A stretch of 63,488 bases of DNA, counting the filler, from Octopus bimaculoides (Eukaryota): NCBI RefSeq assembly GCF_001194135.2. It is 6 parts of 6 records of this genome, joined end to end, with 100 filler letters (N's around TTAATTAATTAA, not from the genome) between each part and the next. Parts side by side here need not be neighbours in the genome. Positions count along the whole stretch, not along the records: positions 59,005 to 61,978 come from NW_026331118.1; positions 62,079 to 63,488 come from NC_068983.1; 4 more parts are not named here. One strand, given 5' to 3'. Below, piece by piece: positions 59,005 to 63,488 of this stretch. Made by a program: the position numbers and the translations under genes. Each line of letters begins with the position of its first letter. Positions within the stretch are counted from its first letter, which is position 1. The notes beneath the pieces are model-generated. The model was not told the origin of the DNA. It saw only the letters and a program-made list of their open reading frames with translations, and made no database searches.

Positions 59005-59651
59005 TATATATATGCATACTATGTATATGTATGTCTATGTGCATAAATATATAATTGTCTATATATACACACAAATACATGCATACGTACGTTTGTATTT
59101 GTTACGATGCCAGAAAAGTGAAGCGCATCAAAAACATGTATATACGTCTCTGTGTGCGCGTGTGTATATATATGCGTGTACATTTATATATACACACATA
59201 TGGGTGAATGAGTGTGTGTGTATTTATAAACCAAGTACATTAGTTCCGCTATTGCTCACCTCGGCCTAAAACTCTTAGCTCCAGCAGACATTCTTACACC
59301 ACTGACCTTATTTGAATAATGGTAATTTATTCTTTGTTACAAGTTATAGGGGAAACAAAGCAGAGACGAAAGGAAACCAAAATTAGATAAGCGACTTAAA
59401 GAATACTTTATTCTTGTGATCTGACCTTTTGCAATTGCCTAATATAAAACGACTTACAGACAATATGGCGTACATTTAGACGGAAGGGATTCTAGGATAA
59501 TTTCACTTTAAGATTCATAAACAATAGAAGTGACCTTTTGACCTTAATGTCTCTGATGTTCGTCTCCATTTAGTTGTCTGGCCTATTTAGCTATACATAC
59601 ATACATGCATACATACATATATACATACATACATACACACATTCATTCATT

Positions 59652-59685
<34 letters not shown>

Positions 59686-60129
59686 NNNNNNNNNNNNNNN
59701 NNNNNNNNNNNNNNNNNNNNNNNNNNNNNNNNNNNNNNNNNNNNNNNNNNNNNNNNNNNNNNNNNNNNNNNNNNNNNNNNNNNNNNNNNNNNNNNNNNNN
59801 NNNNNNNNNNNNNNNNNNNNNNNNNNNNNNNNNNNNNNNNNNNNNNNNNNNNNNNNNNNNNNNNNNNNNNNNNNNNNNNNNNNNNNNNNNNNNNNNNNNN
59901 NNNNNNNNNNNNNNNNNNNNNNNNNNNNNNNNNNNNNNNNNNNNNNNNNNNNNNNNNNNNNNNNNNNNNNNNNNNNNNNNNNNNNNNNNNNNNNNNNNNN
60001 NNNNNNNNNNNNNNNNNNNNNNNNNNNNNNNNNNNNNNNNNNNNNNNNNNNNNNNNNNNNNNNNNNNNNNNNNNNNNNNNNNNNNNNNNNNNNNNNNNNN
60101 NNNNNNNNNNNNNNNNNNNNNNNNNNATA

Positions 60130-60160
<31 letters not shown>

Positions 60161-60467
60161 CTGTGTGTGTATATTTGTATTTGTGTGTGTTTATATATGT
60201 TTGTGTGTCTGTGTTGGAAACCGATGTTGGTGTATTTACGTCCCCTGAAATTAGCGGTTTGGCAACAGAGACCGACAGAATAAGTACCAGGCTTATAAAA
60301 GAATAAGTCTTGGTGTCGATTTCCTCGACTCAACGCGTTGCTACAGCATGGCCGTTGTGGAATGACTGAAACAAATAAAAAAATAAAATGATATATATAT
60401 ATGTGTGTGTGTATATCCATGTTGATATGGTAGTATGTTGGTTTATATGCATATCTGTTTATATATA

Positions 60468-61560
60468 CAGGAGTTAGACAAAATAATGGAAACACTTGAA
60501 ATTTCAATCAAATTTATTTTAATATGGGGTAGCACCACCTTTGGCTGTAATTACAGCTTGAATTCTATGCGATGTGGATTCGTACAAAGTTTTGTTTCCA
60601 AAGAAATTGTTGTTCATTCTTCAGTTAAAACAGTCTCCAGTTCTTGTAGTGGTGATGCTAGAGGATATCGACTCCTTATTTGTTTTTCTAAAATACACCA
60701 TAAATGTTCAATAATATTGAGATCTGGGAACTGTGGTGGCCACATAAGATGCTCAACTTCACTAGAATGTTTCTCGTGCCATTCAGTAACAAATTTAGCT
60801 GTGTGAATTGGTGCATTATCATCCTGAAATATTGCGTATCCCTCCGGAAATAATTCCGCAACGATAGGATGAATTTGATCAGATAAAATGCTTAAATCGT
60901 CTTGGCTATTAATTCTGCCATGAGGGAAAACCATTAGGCCAGCGTATTTCCAAGATATAGTCCACCCCTCATCATCACAGATCCTCCTCCATGTTCAACA
61001 GTTGGAAGAAGGCAGTCTTGGTCAAATGCTTCTTTTGACTGTCTCCACACGTATAATCGGCTGGTGGTCGGAAATAAGGTAAAGGATGACTTGTCCGAGA
61101 AAATAACATTCTTCCACTACTCTAGGGACCAATTCTTTAGATTTTTACTCCACTTTAAACGCTTTGCAACGTTTGTTTTTGAAAGTAGCGGTTTTCTGAT
61201 TTCAGCCCTCCCGTGAAATCCGGCTTTTTTGCAGGTCCTGGCGAAAAGTTTTTCTGGAAACTGGGTTCTCGAGATGGTCATTAAGCTCTGCAGTAATTTT
61301 GGGAGCTGTACTTTTGTGGTCCTTTCTAACAATTCGTGTAAGATTCCGACCGTCCCTATCTGAAAGTTTTGGTTTTCTTCCGGTGTTTTGTCTCGATGAG
61401 GACGTTTTTTCCCTCTTTCTGAAGGGCTGTCATTACTTTCGTGAGGGTACATCTTGATACACCAGATATTTCGGCTGTGTTCATGACGCTAGCACCTGCC
61501 ATAAGAGTATCAACAATTTGCCCTTTCTGAAAGTTCGATAGATCTCTCATTTTAATGAAT
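60468..61560 (-). mobile_element. Tc1-like transposon, decayed transposase with DD36E spacing
   Basis: HTH start MRDLSNFQKGQIV; RKPLLS, FSDKSSF, FQDDNAPIH, WPPQFPDLNIIEHLW. One TIR (CAGGAGTTAGACAAAATAATGGAAACAC) follows TA at 60466; the other TIR was not found. Confidence 0.9.
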
Positions 61561-61599
61561 TTTAATTACCTTCTTCTGAGGGTATCTGAAAAGAAATAG

Positions 61600-61978
61600 C
61601 AATTTTAGCGACGCAATGAATTAAAAGATATAACCACGGATCGAGCAATGCTTCTTAGAAAACTTGAAGCCTAAAAACTTGAAGAAATTATGAACAAAGG
61701 CAAAGTTTTAACTTAGCAACAAAGTCCGATTATTCACTGTATCTAAATGCAATGATAGCCGATGTGGCACATGCCAATTCATCCATACCGGCCAATATAT
61801 GAACATAAAACCCAGAAAAATATTCACAATCAAAAATATGAACTGCAGAAGTTTAATTTACTGCATCAAATACCCGAATAGTGAAGAACTATATGTGGGT
61901 CAGACTGGAAATGCACTTTCAGAAGGTTCACGTGTGCACCGACAGCAAATTAGAGAACTAGATGGCCGTCAGATACCT
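61600..61978 (+). mobile_element. Penelope-like retroelement fragment (GIY-YIG endonuclease)
   Basis: KPKNLKKL*TKAKF, KCNDSRCGTCQFI, NCRSLIYCI..LYVGQTG..VHRQQIR; cut by the scaffold spacer. Confidence 0.8.
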
Positions 61979-62078
61979 NNNNNNNNNNNNNNNNNNNNNN
62001 NNNNNNNNNNNNNNNNNNNNNNTTAATTAATTAANNNNNNNNNNNNNNNNNNNNNNNNNNNNNNNNNNNNNNNNNNNN
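61979..62078. other. Artificial scaffold spacer
   Basis: Same 44+12+44 format. Confidence 0.95.
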
Positions 62079-62975
62079 CCATGGTGAATGCTAGACAGAG
62101 GGGTCACACAGGAGAACCAGAAAGAAGAGGAGATAATAAAGTGGTGGTGATCTCAAACAAAGGTGTGCATGCGTGTGTATTTGAGAGCGTGTATATGTGT
62201 GTGCTTGCGTGTGGAAGAGGGCTGGTGAGATTGACGTGTACATGTGTAGGTGTGTGGATGATGGTGTAGGTGCTGGGAAGTGGTCAGTGCTAGTGTATGC
62301 AGGGTGGTGTGTAGTGGTATGGTGTTGGTGTGTGGAGGAAGCAGGGATGGGATGTATAGGGATGGTGGGGTTGGAATGTGAAGTGGTGGGTAATGAGAGA
62401 GGGGTGATGGTGAAAGGAGAGGGTGGAAGGGAGACAGTGGTAGGAGTGAAGAGAGGAAGTAGGTGCCAGAGCAAGAGAAGAGAGGTGGCTGGGAGGAAGT
62501 AGGTGTGAGAGGGAGAGAGGAGGAGGGTTAGATGAAGAGAGGAGAGTTGAGCCCATGTGGCGCAAAGGAGCAAAGAGAAAAGATTAATTCCTGCTCACAG
62601 CAAAGACGGGAGCCCGCATGGCCCCTGTGCAAGGACATTCCAAAGTGTTGTATAGAGTGACCGGTAGAGTGGAAATGGCGCGAGACCGGGGTGTTGTTGC
62701 CGAGTCAGATGTCTCATAGGTGTTCCACAAACCAGTCAGCCAAGCAGTGTCCCATTTGACCGATGTATAGAGAAGGGCAGAGAGAGCAGGATATGCAGTA
62801 GATGACGTTGCTAGAAGTGCAGGTGAAAGAGTCAGTGTGTATATATAGTTGAAATTTACAGAAGAATAAAAGATGAAGGCAGGTGTATGAACAACAAGCA
62901 GGTGAATTAGTTCGATGCTAGCTAAGGTGAGAAAGTCTTTTACATTTTGAGCCTACGCTCTTCAACAGAAAGGAA
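62079..62975 (-). mobile_element. Second Penelope-like fragment (GIY-YIG plus pseudo-LTR)
   Basis: 62830-62546 encodes FTCTSSNVIYCISCSLCPSLYIGQMG..EHL*DI*..PVSRHF..EQELIFSL..PHGLN; a C-rich tail lies downstream on the minus strand. Confidence 0.85.
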
Positions 62976-63018
62976 CACGAGGAAATAAGCACATGTACAT
63001 ATATATATATGTATGTAT

Positions 63019-63488
63019 ATCATCATCATCATCATCGTTTAACGTCCGCTTTCCATGCTAGCATGGGTTGGACGATTTGACTGAGGACTGGTGCAACCGG
63101 ATGGCTACACCAGGCTCCGATCTAATTTGGCAGAGTTTCTACAGCTGAATGCCCTTCCTAACGCCAACCACTCAGAGAGTGTAGTGGGTGCTTTTACGTG
63201 TCACCCGCACGAAAACATCCACGCTCGAAATGGTGTTTTTTATGTGCCACCCGCACAAGAGCCAGTCATGGGGCACTGGCAACGATCTCGCTCGAAAACC
63301 CTACAAGGCCAGTCAGGCGGTACTGGCAACGGTCACGCTCAGGATGGTACATCTTATGTGCCACCTGCACAAGAGCCAGTCCAGGGGAACTGGCAACGAT
63401 CTCACTTGGCTTGCCGGGTCTTCTCACGCACAGCACATTTCCAAAGGTCTCGGTCAGTAGTCATCGCTTCGGTGAGGCCCAATGTTCG
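63019..63488 (-). mobile_element. SINE-like family C, young CpG-rich copy with internal repeats
   Basis: Reverse-complement homologue of 33121-33452. Confidence 0.8.

Overview
Eukaryotic animal genomic DNA: AT-rich, saturated with microsatellites and SINEs, and typical of a cephalopod (Octopus-like; the taxon is inferred from repeat style). It is a draft assembly of six segments joined by artificial 100-bp spacers (44 N + TTAATTAATTAA + 44 N). One real gene is recognisable: a minus-strand, multi-exon 26/29-kDa-type papain-family (C1A) cysteine proteinase. Seven exons are solid and one first exon is a candidate (44416 to 30819, about 421 codons); the His/Asn catalytic exons are not in the window. 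Its gene body is strongly CpG-depleted. The most distinctive structure is a co-oriented array at 45.0-53.1 kb. It holds RLE-type (R4/Dong-like) non-LTR retrotransposon pieces, including one near-full-length decayed 4.3-kb copy, plus a non-coding 503-bp dimer, and each piece is bounded by (AAT)n in the same register. Also present: a full-length decayed DD34D mariner, a Tc1-like element with DD36E spacing, two Penelope GIY-YIG fragments, piggyBac-like, hAT-like and foldback MITEs, and at least four SINE-like families. Almost all ORFs in the supplied track are microsatellite or N-gap artefacts. I found no CRISPR array and no rRNA or true tRNA gene. I cannot claim a wholly new biological system; the TAA-targeted array and its possible non-autonomous passenger are the best leads.
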